DNA of 64,000 bases from contig CAXHJY010000656.1 in assembly GCA_964016885.1 (NCBI GenBank), positions 29,166-93,165 of the forward strand. The letters are read 5' to 3'. Of this stretch, positions 42,959 to 55,107 are shown one piece after another. This DNA comes from Eledone cirrhosa (Eukaryota). Below the pieces are notes generated by a model. It had not been told where the DNA came from. It made no database searches and saw only the letters and a program-made list of their open reading frames with translations. Position 1 is the stretch's first letter; each line of letters starts with the position of its first letter. The translations under genes were made by a program, and so were the position numbers.

Positions 42959-43619
42959 AGCTGTTTTCCTTCCAAGTGGAATTGGATTCTTAAAAATGAA
43001 TTTACTGAGAAAAAATAAAAATGAAAAAGAAAAAATTCCTAAAAGACTTAGAATTTTGAATTTTATTTTTTGGGTTGACGACAAAATTAAAATCAATTAA
43101 AATTAAAATTCTTAGAAAATTAAACTTTATTATTGAATCTGTTTAGTCCACTAGAACATTTAATTTTGATTTGATTTTTTAAAATAAATCTTTATTCTAA
43201 ATAATTTATCCAAAAATATTGAGTTTCTTTTTTGTCTTTTAATTAATGATTGAAATTTTTGCTACAAATAAAAAATATTTTAGAGAGATCCAAAAAACAA
43301 GAGCAGAGGATGACAGAAAATCAAACTTGCAATCTTTATTTCTTCTTCGTCAACTTATTCCTGAGAGGGTCTTGGTGGACAAAGTCTTCAAACACTCCTT
43401 CCAGTGGGTCCTGTCAGAAGCAACCATCTCCAACTGATCCAGCTGGATCCCCAAGCAAGACCAGCCAAGCTCATGGATTTTATCCAACCATCTTGCTCAT
43501 GGTCTACACCTGGATCTCTACCTTTATTTATTTTGTAGAAAAGTAAGGAGCCAATTGTCAGATTGGATCAAGGAAATGAACTCTTCTTTGCTTTTTCTAT
43601 TGATGGTATTATCTGCTAG

Positions 43620-43980
43620 TCACAATTCTTGATAGGAGACCAGGTTTGAACTTGGTGCATAGAGCCAGATCAGATACTGCAAAGCATTCCGGCCAACACA
43701 TATCCACCACTTTTGCTGGATTGGTACTTTATCAAACCTGAAATGATGAAAAGCAAAGTTGACCTTGGCAGGATTTGAACTCAGAATACACAGGGCCAAA
43801 TTAAATATGGCAAAGCATTCCATCTAACTCCCTAATACTTCCACCAAACAACTAGCCCCGAACTAGTACTTAATGTTATTCACTACAAAAGGATGAAAAA
43901 TAAAGTTGACTATGCCAGGATTTGAGCTCAGAACATGGAGAGGCCTAACAAAATACCAAGGGACTTAATCCCATGCTCTA
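43620..43980 (-). mobile_element. Tandem decayed Meta-type SINE remnants
   Basis: Repeated aaagttgac...ggatttgaactcaga, the reverse complement of the 9406 SINE core. Confidence 0.55.
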
Positions 43981-44074
43981 ACAACTGCAAATTTATTATT
44001 TTGGCAAAGGTGTGTGTGTGTGTGTAATAAATAAATATATATATATATATATATATAATAAATATATATATATA

Positions 44075-45021
44075 TCATCATCATCATCATCATTTTATGT
44101 CCGCTTTTCCCTGCTTGCAAGGGTGGGACGGGTCTTATTCAGTACAGCATCTCTCCACTCGTCACGGTCCCTCGTCATCTCCACCGTGAGCTTCAATGAT
44201 TTGAGGTCTATTCTCACCACCTCCGCCCATGTTTTTCGTGGTCTACCTCGACCACGTCTTCCTTCAACTGGCAATTCCTGGCACTTCTTCACCCATCGGT
44301 CATCCTCCATGCGCATCACATGTCCATACCACCTCAGTCTCCTCTCCCGTACACTACATTCTATCCCTCTCAGACACAGTTTCTCTCTCAACACATTTAT
44401 GCTGGGTCGTTCACGCACATTTACACTGCACATCCAACGGAGCATGCTTGCCTCATTTCTCTCCAGCCGTCGCATATCCTCTGCAGTTGCTACCCATGTC
44501 TCACTACCATGCAGCATCGCGCTCCTCACACAGGCATCATACAACCGGCCTTTCGTACGCAGGGAGAAACCCTTCTTCGTCAACAGAGGAAGCGGCTCCC
44601 TAAACTTCTTCCAACCCGTCCTTATTCTAGATACTATGGCCTCGGAACACTCTCCTCCCATGCTAATCTGATCTCCTCGGTACCGGAAGCTATCCACCAC
44701 TTCTATAGCGCCCTCTTGCATTTGAAAAATGTGTCTATCAGTGCGACTTCTACTGTCTAATTTCCCTGTACATCTACTGCATACATATTTCTCCCTACCT
44801 GTTAGTTTGCCTGCTATCCCGCTACATCTCTTGTGTACCCAGGATCTGCATTGTGTGCATTTTATAGAATTTATGCCAGTTCCTTTTCTGCATATCGAAC
44901 ATGGCCATTTCCCTGACGGAATCAGGGTTTTGTCCTCTTTTCTACTCATCAACACTTTTGTCTTAGCTAGATTCACTCTCAGTCCTCTTGCTTCCAACTG
45001 CTGTTTCCATAGCCAGAATTT
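44075..45021 (-). mobile_element. RTE family A3, 5'-truncated; ORF runs through the terminal motif; ~25-bp TSD
   Basis: 300-aa ORF with PHD-type finger (CSIC..CTQC..HKRC..CSRC); (TGA)n tail; tatatataataaatatatatata on both flanks. Confidence 0.93.
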
Positions 45022-45088
45022 ATATATATAATAAATATATATATAAATATATATATATATTATATATATTATATATATATTTATATAT

Positions 45089-45136
<48 letters not shown>

Positions 45137-48100
45137 CCTCTTCTAACATACGCCTAACTCCATAGTCAGTCCTTCCAACAGCATTTTTAGTCCTTCCCAT
45201 AGCATTTTTTTCTATTCCTCTTTCCATTCCCCATGTATTTTCCAAAACAAATCTCTTGTATTTCTGTCATGCTTGTAAAAATACGGAAGTTTTTGACGTA
45301 TAGTTACTAAACAAATCTTGTATTTTTGTTCGTTAATACGGGGATCTCACCTAAACCTATCTTCTCGCTAACAACTCAACACCCCTCCCTCCCGCCCCCA
45401 CACACCACCATTATTATTACGTGGACCAATCATAAGCCAGAGGCCTATACTATCGCTTACCTGGTCGCCTTCGATATGTAGGATGGAAGGACTACGGAGT
45501 TCCGGAGAGTTGAAGAGAGAAAAATCTGGACGCTCAGCGACAATGCAAAAGTTAAAGACAATCACACCTCGAGGACGAAAATGCGAGCATGCCTCTTTGT
45601 TTCGGCCGCGGATGGCTAACATAACCCCATCTCCCCCCGCTCCCCACCTTTCCAACCCCCCAAACGCAATCCAAAACTTCAGATTTGGTACCTTGAATGT
45701 AGGCACCTTAAAGGGTCGCTCTAACGAGGTTGTAGAAATGCTTGAACGTAAGGAGGTCGATGTTTGTTGTATTCAAGAGTCCAGGTGGAGGGGTGGATCT
45801 GCTAGATACATTGTGGGTAGAAAACGATGCTATAAGCTTTTCTGGGTGGGAAACGACAATGGGCTGGGTGGAGTAGGAATCATGGTAGCAGAAAAGTGGG
45901 CAGATAAGATAATAGACGTAAATAGAGTGAACGACAGAATAATTAAAATAAGACTTGTCCTCAATAGAACTACGGTGACAGTAATATCCGCGTACGCACC
46001 CCAATCCGGACTGCCCAGCACTATAAAAGACAGATTCTATGAGACACTGATGCTCACTACCTCCCAAATAACCGACAGTGACTATATAATTATTGCAGGC
46101 GACCTAAACAGTCACGTTGGACAACATTGTGACGGCTACGACGAAATCCATGGAGGCTATGGGTTTGGTACGAGAAATGAGGAAGGCTCCAGAATCCTGG
46201 AATTCTGCGACGCAAATAACCTAACTATCTGCAACACTAACTTCAAAAAACGAGACAATCACTTGATCACCTACAGATCAGGGGAACATACTAGCCAGGT
46301 AGATTATATCCTTACCAGAAGACGTGACAAAGTGACTGTCGTAAACACTAAATCCCTCCCCCATGAAGAATGCACTTCCCAACATAGACTGATAATTAGC
46401 GACCTAATAGTCAGGACGAGACGTACTAGACAACAGAAGAGGACTATCCTCAGGAGAAAAATATGGAAGCTAAAGGACCCCACAGCCAAAAATAAATTCC
46501 AAAGCATATTACTTGATGCTTTCGACAGTGAGGAAGAGCAATTAGAGACGTACAAGGTAGAGGAACAGTGGGAATTCCTGAAAGCAAACCTGCTGATGGC
46601 GGCAGACGAAGTCTGTGGCTGGAGCAGGCCTGTAGGCAGGAGGAGAGTAACATGGTGGTGGAACAGTAAGGTGGAGGGGTCAATTAAGGCCAAAAAGCAG
46701 GCTTGGAAAGTATGGCGGGATGGGGGAAGCAGAGAAGACTATCAAGTGGCCAGGAGGGAAGCTAGGAGACAAGTGTACTTCGCAAAGAAGGGAAGCAGAG
46801 GAAAGAAAGTTCAAGCATGTTCTACAACGTGAGGACCAAAAACGTGAGGTGTTCAGGATTGCTAGGCAATGTGTCAAGGAAAACAGTGATATTGTCGGGG
46901 AGAAGTGTGTACTTAACGATGACGGCATACTTGCCATCACCGACGCCGATAAGAAGGTAGCTTGGAAGTGTCACTATGAAAGGCTACTAAATGAGGAGAA
47001 TAAATGGGAGAAAGACAGTCTCCCCCACATCGACCCAATAGAGGGACCAGCAGTGTTAGTCGAGGGTAGTATAATAAGTAAGGAAATCAAAGATATGAAA
47101 TCAGGCAAGGTGGCTGGGCCTTCGGAAATAGTTGCCGAGATGCTGAAGGCATCTGGTACGGTGGGACACACCATGGTCACCCGGATAGTCAACCAAGTCA
47201 TACAGAATGGGGTTGTTCCGAAGGACTGGCGCAGCAGCATTATCGTTAACTGTTATAAGGGTAAAGGAGATGCCCTAGATAGGCGTAACTATAGAGGCAT
47301 TAAATTAATCGACCAGGTCATGAAGGTCACGGAAAAAGTAATAGCACAACTAATCAGAGAGCGAATTGATCTAGATGAAATGCAGTTCGGGTTTGTGTCA
47401 GGAAAAAGTACCACAGACGCTCTTTTCATTGTACGACAACTACAGGAGAAGTACCTAGCTAAAAGTAAACCCCTATACTTAGCTTTCGTCGACTTGGAGA
47501 AGGCCTTCGACAGAGTCCCCCGTTCCATTATCTGGTGGGCTCTTAGAAAACTAGGTGTTGATGAATGGCTTGTGAGAGCTATACAAGCCATGTATAAAGA
47601 AACAGTCAGCAAGGTTAGAATTAACAACGAATATAGTGAAGAGTTTAGTGTAAAAGTTGGTGTTCATCAGGGCTCTGTTCTTAGCCCCCCTACTATTTAT
47701 TATTGCCCTCCAGGCTATAACAGTGGAGTTCAAGACCGGCTGCCCATGGGAACTCCTATAAGCAGATGATCTAACGCTCATAGCTGAATCAATGGCCGAA
47801 CTAGAGAAGAAATTCCAAACATGGAAGCACGGCCTAGAATCAAAAGGCCTTAAAATTAACCTGGCTAAGACTAAAGTTCTAGTTTGTAAGAAAGAAAATA
47901 AGGCGGTGGTCCCCTCCGGGAAGTGGCCATGTGCAGAGTGTAGGAAGGGCGTAGGTAGAAATTCCATTTTGTGTCCCAAATGCAAAGTTTGGGTGCATAA
48001 AAGATGTAGTGGGATCACAGGTAAGCTAACTAAGAACATAGATTTTACATGTGGCCGGTGTTCTGGGGCAATAAGTAGCAGCAAGTGCCCACAAAATACT

Positions 48101-49098
48101 AGCTCCTTCAACTGCGCAGAGGGTTCTATAGAAATAGTGGACAGCTTCCGTTACCTGGGTGACAAAATCAGCAGTGGGGGAGGGTGCTCTGAAAGTACAG
48201 TAGCTAGAGTCAGAACTGGGTGGAAAAAGTTCAGAGAGCTTATACCACTATTAGCCGCTAAAGGGTTCTCCCTAAAAATGAAAGGCAGGCTGTACGATGC
48301 CTGCATACGAACAGCAATGTTGCATGGCAGTGAGACCTGGGCATTGTGTGCAGAGGATATACGCAGACTAGAGAGAAACGAAGCTCGCATGCTCCGCTGG
48401 ATGTGTAAAAGTAATATACGTGAATGACAAAGCATAAATGAACTAAGGAAAAAATTAGAAATAAGAGGGATCAGATGTTGTTTACTAGAGAGAAGGCTAC
48501 GTTGGTATGGTCACGTGATGCGCATGAAGGACGATAGCTGTATAACAAAGTGCAGGGCAATAAAGATAGACGGTAGCCACGGAATAGGCAGACCTAGAAA
48601 AACCTGGGACGAGCTGATAAACTCCGACCTCACACACTTACACCTCACCAAGACAATGTCACTGGACCGAGACCTTTGGCGGTACTCAGTAATAGAGAAG
48701 ACCCGCCTTACCTAAATACAAAGTAAAACCTACTACAGTCAGTAGGCATCACTAACAAAATACACCCCCGTCCCACCACCCCCACCCCATCCACACCGCC
48801 CCCTTCTATGTAAAGTTATGTTGGTGCCACATCATCCAGGCCGAAACAAATGAGATAGTGTAGGTGTCACGACAAAAAAACACACAGTCCACGCTGTAAT
48901 GTGGCCGTGTAGGCAACACGGTAAAAACCTCCCAGACCCACACTGTAAATGTGGTTGGTGTTAGGAAGGGCATCCAACTGTAGAAAACCTGCCAGACAGT
49001 CCTATGCGAGCAAGACAATCACTCTTGCCTCAAGTGGGAAAACCCCCGTCCAAACCCATGCAAGCGTGGAACACGGACGTTAAACGATGATGATGATT
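45137..49098 (+). mobile_element. Near full-length RTE family A1 (two +1 frameshifts, one CGA>TGA stop)
   Basis: ORFs 45483-46832, 46720-47769, 47792-48427 and 48515-48715 tile APE, RT, PHD and C-terminus; 3' UTR and (TGA)n tail; TA repeats on both sides. Confidence 0.95.
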
Positions 49099-49675
49099 AT
49101 ATATATTATATATATATATTATATATATATATATATATACATATTATATATATATTATATATATATATATATACATATTATATATATATATATTATATAT
49201 ATATATATATACATATTATATATATATATATATATACATATTATATATATATATATATATATATACATATTATATATATATATACATATTATATATATAT
49301 ACATATTATACATATATATATATATACATATTATACACATATATATATATATACATATTATACATATTATATATATATATACATATTATACATATATATA
49401 TATACATATTATACATATTATACATATTATACATATTATATATATATACATATTATACATATTATACATATTATATATATATACATATTATACATATTAT
49501 ACATATTATATATATATACATATTATACATATTATATATATATACATATTATACATATATATATATATACATATTATACATATATATATATATATATATA
49601 CATATTATATATATATATACATATTATACATATTATATATATATATACATATTATATATATATATACATATTATT

Positions 49676-49706
<31 letters not shown>

Positions 49707-49715
49707 ATATATAAA
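49099..49715. repeat. (TA)n microsatellite with CATATTA punctuation
   Basis: Direct reading. Confidence 0.9.
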
Positions 49716-49762
49716 ATAAAGTTAAATAAAAGTCAAATGATTAAAATTTAGCTTCGTTTATT

Positions 49763-49817
49763 ACTGCTATATATATTTCAGTGACAGCCATCTTTGGATG
49801 TGACCTCTTCAGGCAGT
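49763..49817 (-). ncRNA. Minimal type I hammerhead ribozyme motif (Penelope-like terminus)
   Basis: actgc-CTGAAGA-ggtcaca..tgtcact-GAAA-tatat-ATA-gcagt. Confidence 0.7.
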
Positions 49818-50098
49818 TTGAATTAGTATGGTATAGACAAGTACATATGTTGTTTAGGTGTATAATATTGTCCATACTCTGATATGCCCAGTTCCTTGTT
49901 GGGTTGTTATTTCACTGAGGAACTGGAGTAACCAAACCAACCTGCGCACTTCGTCGAGTGCTCCAGCCTGCATACTGAGGTGTTGGTATACAACCAACAT
50001 AAACTCAAAATCTATATATTATATATATATATAATATATTATATTATATATTATATATATATATAATATATTATATTATATATTATATATATATATTA

Positions 50099-50375
50099 TG
50101 GAGGCACATGGCTTAGTGGTTAGAGCATTGGCCTTGCAATCGAAAGGTTGTGAGTTCAATTCTCAGACCGGGTGATGTGTTGTTTCCTTGAGCAAGACAC
50201 TTTATTTCACATTGCTCCAGTTTACTCAGCTGTAGAAATGGTCGTGGAGGTGTCACGGCAAAAAAACACCCAACACTCACTGTAAATGAGGTTGGTGTTA
50301 GGTGTAGAAATCAAGCCAGAATCAGTTCCCGTCCTACCGTTGCAAGCAGGGAACAGCGGACGTAAAATGAAATGA
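50099..50375 (+). mobile_element. tRNA-derived CORE SINE with RTE-A tail
   Basis: A box tggcttagtgg, B box gagttcaattc, CORE-like ccttgagcaagacacttt..., RTE terminal stem, (AAATG)n tail. Confidence 0.85.
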
Positions 50376-50401
50376 TTATATTATATATATATATTATATA
50401 T

Positions 50402-50430
<29 letters not shown>

Positions 50431-50433
<3 letters not shown>

Positions 50434-51564
50434 GAAAGACGTAAAATAAGAAAATTATAAAAATTAACTTACTAAAATTTCACTCCAACTAATTAGTTTT
50501 TGAAAGGGAATAAACATGGTTTCCGAATGGAACATGGATAAAGTCCTTTCGTCATCAGGGAAGTCTATTCTCAGCTAAGTTCCCAGGCAATGCGTGGACA
50601 CAGGGAACTTATACAAAAATAATTCAGTGGATGGAAAAAAGCAAGCGAGGACTAAATTCCAGGACATTAAAAAAATCACTGCCTACTTGGTCGGTGGCAA
50701 ATTCAAAAGAATCAATCACGTGACATCAAGGTTAATCAGTGAGGAGTGGGGTGTTAATAAGACAGTAGCCTGACTATAAATAAGAACCATAATAGTAGTT
50801 TTGGCAAATTTTTGCTCAACAAAATAATTTGGAGATAATTATAAAGAATTAGTATATCTACATTTCATTCATTTTCATTTTCATTTTTAAGTCCGCTTTT
50901 CCCTGCTTGCAAGGGTGGGACGGGAACTGATTCTGGTTTGATTTCTACAGCTGGATGCCCTTCCTAACACCAACCTCATTTACAGTGAGTGCTGGGTGCT
51001 TTTTTTTGCCGTGGCACCTACACGACCACTTTGCAGTGGAATGATAGGGACCCCAGTCCCTATTATCTCATTTCTACAGCTGAGTAAACTGGAGCAATGT
51101 GAAATAAAGTGTCTTGCTCAAGGAAACAACACATCACCCGGTCTGAGAATTGAACTCACAACCTTTCGATTGCAAGGCCAATACTCTAACCACTGAGACA
51201 TGTGCCTCCATACCAACATATATATACAGATGCATACCTATGCTAGCAAATATATAGGTTTTGTTTAGTAACTTTGTGGTTCAATGCAAGGGGATGCAGA
51301 ACACTTATATGATATCGAGGTTAATCAGTGAGGACTTTCTCCATGTTCCATTCGGAAACCATGTTTATTCCCTTTCAGAAACTAATTAGTTGGGGTGAAA
51401 TTTTAGTAAGTTAATTTTTATAATTTTCTTATTTTACGTCTTTCATATAATTGTTCTGCATCCCCTTGCATTGAACCACAAAGTTACTAAGACAAAACCT
51501 ATATATTTGCTAGCATAGGTATGCATCTGTATATATATTTTGGTAGATATACTAATTCTTTATA
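50431..51564. mobile_element. Interleaved inverted repeats, probable Penelope-like terminal rearrangement
   Basis: 50431-50547 inverts to 51331-51447; 50840-50860 plus 51211-51303 inverts to 51452-51564; degenerate CTGATGA..GAAAC on the minus strand. Confidence 0.55.
50861..51210 (-). mobile_element. tRNA-derived CORE SINE with RTE-A tail (fuller copy)
   Basis: Reverse complement of the 50099 SINE; interrupts an inverted-repeat arm. Confidence 0.88.
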
Positions 51565-51647
51565 TATATATATATTATATATATATATATATTATATATA
51601 TATATATACATTATATATATATATATATTATATATATATATATACAT

Positions 51648-51702
<55 letters not shown>

Positions 51703-51756
51703 ATATTATATATATATATATACACATTATATATATATATATATATTATATATATA

Positions 51757-51802
<46 letters not shown>

Positions 51803-51804
51803 TA

Positions 51805-51842
<38 letters not shown>

Positions 51843-51916
51843 TATATATATATATATATATTATATATATATATATATTATATATATATATATATTATAT
51901 ATATATATATATATTA

Positions 51917-54618
51917 TCATCATCATCATCATCACCGTTTTACGTCCGTTCTTCCACGCTAGCATGGGTTAGACGGGTTGTCCTGTTGTGGGCAGTGTCT
52001 GGTCGGCTGACCATGCCTTGCTCATACAGGAACTGATCTGGCTTGATTTCTACAGCTGGATGCCCTTCCTAACACCAACCTCATTTACAGTGAGTGCTGG
52101 GTGCTTTTTCGTGGCGCCTACACGTCCACTTTACAGTGTGGGCTGGGTGCTTTTTTGCCGTGGCACCTCCACGACCACCTTGCGGTGGGGGGGGGGGCAT
52201 ATTGTTTATATGCTTCAGCATGTACCCATGGGAGGTCGGGTACCCTGTATTACTGCGTGACGCCAGAAGTCACGGTCGTGTGTCATTGACTTTGAGAGGT
52301 GTAGTTGGGTAAGGTCGGCTTGGTCGGCTTTTATCACCTCATCCCAAGTCATCTTGGGTCTCCCCACTCCGCGGTTTCCATCAACTTCTAGTGCTCTGCA
52401 CCTTTTTATGCAGCTGTCATCCTTCATACGCATCACATGTCCATACCAGCGTAACCGCCTCTCCTGCACGCAGCATTTGATTCCTCTTATGCTCAGTCTC
52501 TCTCTCAATTCCTTTATGCTTTGTCGTTCACGTATATTACTGTTACACATCCATCGGAGCATGCAGGCTTCGTTTCTCTCTAATCTACGTAAGTCTTCCA
52601 CCTTCAGCGCCCAGGTCTCACTACCATGCAACATCGCTGTTCGGATACACGCATCATACAGTCTGCCTTTCATTCTGAGGGAGAAGCCTTTTGCAGCTAG
52701 CAGTGGTAGTAGTTCCCTAAACTTCTTCCATCCCGTTCTTACCCTAGTTATTGTACTTTCTGAGCACCCACCTCCGTTGCTAATTCGGTCACCTAGGTAG
52801 CAGAAGCTGTCTACTGTTTCTACAGGGCCCTCCCAGAGATTGGTGGTACTTGTTTCCTGTGGCTGTTTGCTTGCTGTTTCAGCACAGCTGCTGCATGTGA
52901 ATCCTACATTCTTAATTAAGCTTCCTGAGATCCCGCTACATCTCTTGTGTACCCATTGTTTGCATTTGGGGCAGAGAATGGAGTTCCTACCTACACCTTT
53001 CCTACATACTGAGCAAGGCCATTTCCCTGAGGGGATCTGGGTTCTGTTTTCTCGTCTACTTACAAGGACCTTAGTCTTTGTCATGTTGACTTTGAGGCCC
53101 TTTCTCTCTAGTCCCTGCTTCCAGGTTTGGAATTTATTCTCTAGTTCTACCATAGATTCAGCTATGAGTGCGAGGTCATCAGCATACAGGAGTTCCCATG
53201 GGCATCCGGTCTTAAACTCCTCCGTTATTGCCTGCAGGACTATGATGAACAGGAGAGGGCTAAGAACAGAGCCCTGGTGGACCCCAACCTGTACGCTAAA
53301 TTCCTCGCTATACTCATTGCCAATCCTAACTTTGCTGACTGCTCCCCTATACATGGCTTGTACCGCTTTCACAAGCCATTCATCTACTCCTAGTTTTCTA
53401 AGAGCCCACCAGATTACTGCACGTGGAACTCTGTCAAAGGCTTTCTCAAGGTCGACAAATGCCAAGTAGAGTGGCTTACTTTTAGCTAGGTACTTTTCCT
53501 GTAATTGCCTCACAAGGAAGAGGGCATCAGTGGTGCCTTTCCCTGGTACAAACCCAAATTGCATCTCGTCTATATTCACCCGGTCCCTAATCAGCTGTGC
53601 TATAACTCTTTCTGTTACTTTCATGACCTGGTCCATCAACTTTATACCTCTATAGTTTCCTCTATCTAGTGCATCGCCTTTACCTTTGTAGCAGTTGACA
53701 ATGATGCTACTGCACCAATCTTTTGGTATGGCCCCCTCTAGTATTACCTGGTTAACGATACGTGTGGTTATAGTGTGACCTACAGACCCAGATGCCTTCA
53801 GCATCTCGGCAGCTATACCCGATGGACCGGTTGCCTTCCCTATCTTCATATCTCTGATTGCCTTACTTACTACGCTGCCGCTGACTTGTACTGCTGGTCC
53901 CTCTATAGGGTCTACGTGGGGTAGGGTCTCTTCTTCCCATGCATTCTCCTCATTTAGTAATCTATCATAATGACTCTTCCATGCATCTTTCTTCTCAGCA
54001 CTTGTGAGGGCAAGCTCACCTTTATCATTCCGGATACACTTCTCTCCAATGACATCACAACTATCTCTGACACACTGCCTCGCAATCTTGAATACCTCCT
54101 GTTTCTGGTCCTCACGTTGTAAAACATGCTTGAACTTTCTATTCTCTGCTTCCCTCCTAGCTAAGTATACTTGTCGCCTAGCTTCCCTCTTGGTCTCTAT
54201 GTAATGTACCCTGCTCCCCCCGTTCTTCCATTCTTTCCATGCCTGTCTCTTGGCCTTGACTGCTTCATCTACCTTATTGTTCCACCACCAAGTCACTCTC
54301 CTGCTTGAGGTCTTACTCCAGCCACAAACCTCATCCGTCGCCTCTAGTAAGTTATTTTTTAGGAACTCCCAGTTCTCTTCTACGTTAAATGTCTCTATCT
54401 GTTCTTCTTTACTGTCGTAGGCGTTGAGTAAAATATCTTTAAATCTGTTACTGGTTGAGGGGACTTTCAGCTTCCAGATCTTTCTTCTCCAGGTTGGCCT
54501 CTGTTTCAGGGCTCGTCTAGTTCTGACCGTGAGGTCGCTGACAACTAAGCTATGTTGGGATGTACATTCCTCACTAGGGAAGGCTTTTGTGTTTACGACC
54601 GTCCATATGTCACGTCCT
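51917..54618 (-). mobile_element. RTE family A2, 5'-truncated, open reading frame (693-aa ORF 52215-54296)
   Basis: Near-identical to 61010-63712; 9-bp duplication gives KADQADLT; (TGA)n tail; TA flanks. Confidence 0.96.
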
Positions 54619-54820
54619 ATATATATATATATATTATATATATATTATATATATATATATATTATATATATATATATTATATATATATGTTATATATATA
54701 TATATATTATATATATATATATATTATATATTATATATATATATATTATATATTATATATATATATATTATATATATATATATTATATATATATATATAT
54801 TATATATATATAATATATAT

Positions 54821-54926
54821 ATGCGAGCAAGACAACCACTCTTGCCTCAAGTGGGAAAACCCCCGTCCAAACCCATGCAAGCGTGGAACACGGACGCTAA
54901 ACCTGATGATGATGATGATGATGATT
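54821..54926 (+). mobile_element. ~100-bp extreme 3' fragment of RTE A1
   Basis: Terminal stem motif plus (TGA)n inside TA repeats. Confidence 0.9.
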
Positions 54927-55107
54927 ATATATATATATTATATATATATATATATAAATATATTATATATATATATATATTATATATATATATTATATAT
55001 ATATATATAAATATATTATATATATATATATATATTATATATATATATTATATATATATATATAAATATATTATATATATATATATATTATATATATATA
55101 TTATATA

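Noticed and set aside
43246-43546. Short ORFs downstream of TMEM38 as extra exons
   Set aside because: No recognisable motif or convincing splice context
46780-48430. Programmed frameshifting or two-ORF organisation in A1
   Set aside because: Extra bases lie in homopolymers and are absent in other copies (55616-57190 is open); the stop is a CpG transition. Decay or sequencing error
50099-50170. tRNA gene
   Set aside because: A and B boxes are present but continue into CORE and LINE-tail modules; no clean cloverleaf, so it is a SINE head
50519-50563. Third functional hammerhead
   Set aside because: Core boxes and stem II are present but stem I cannot pair; kept only as a degenerate remnant
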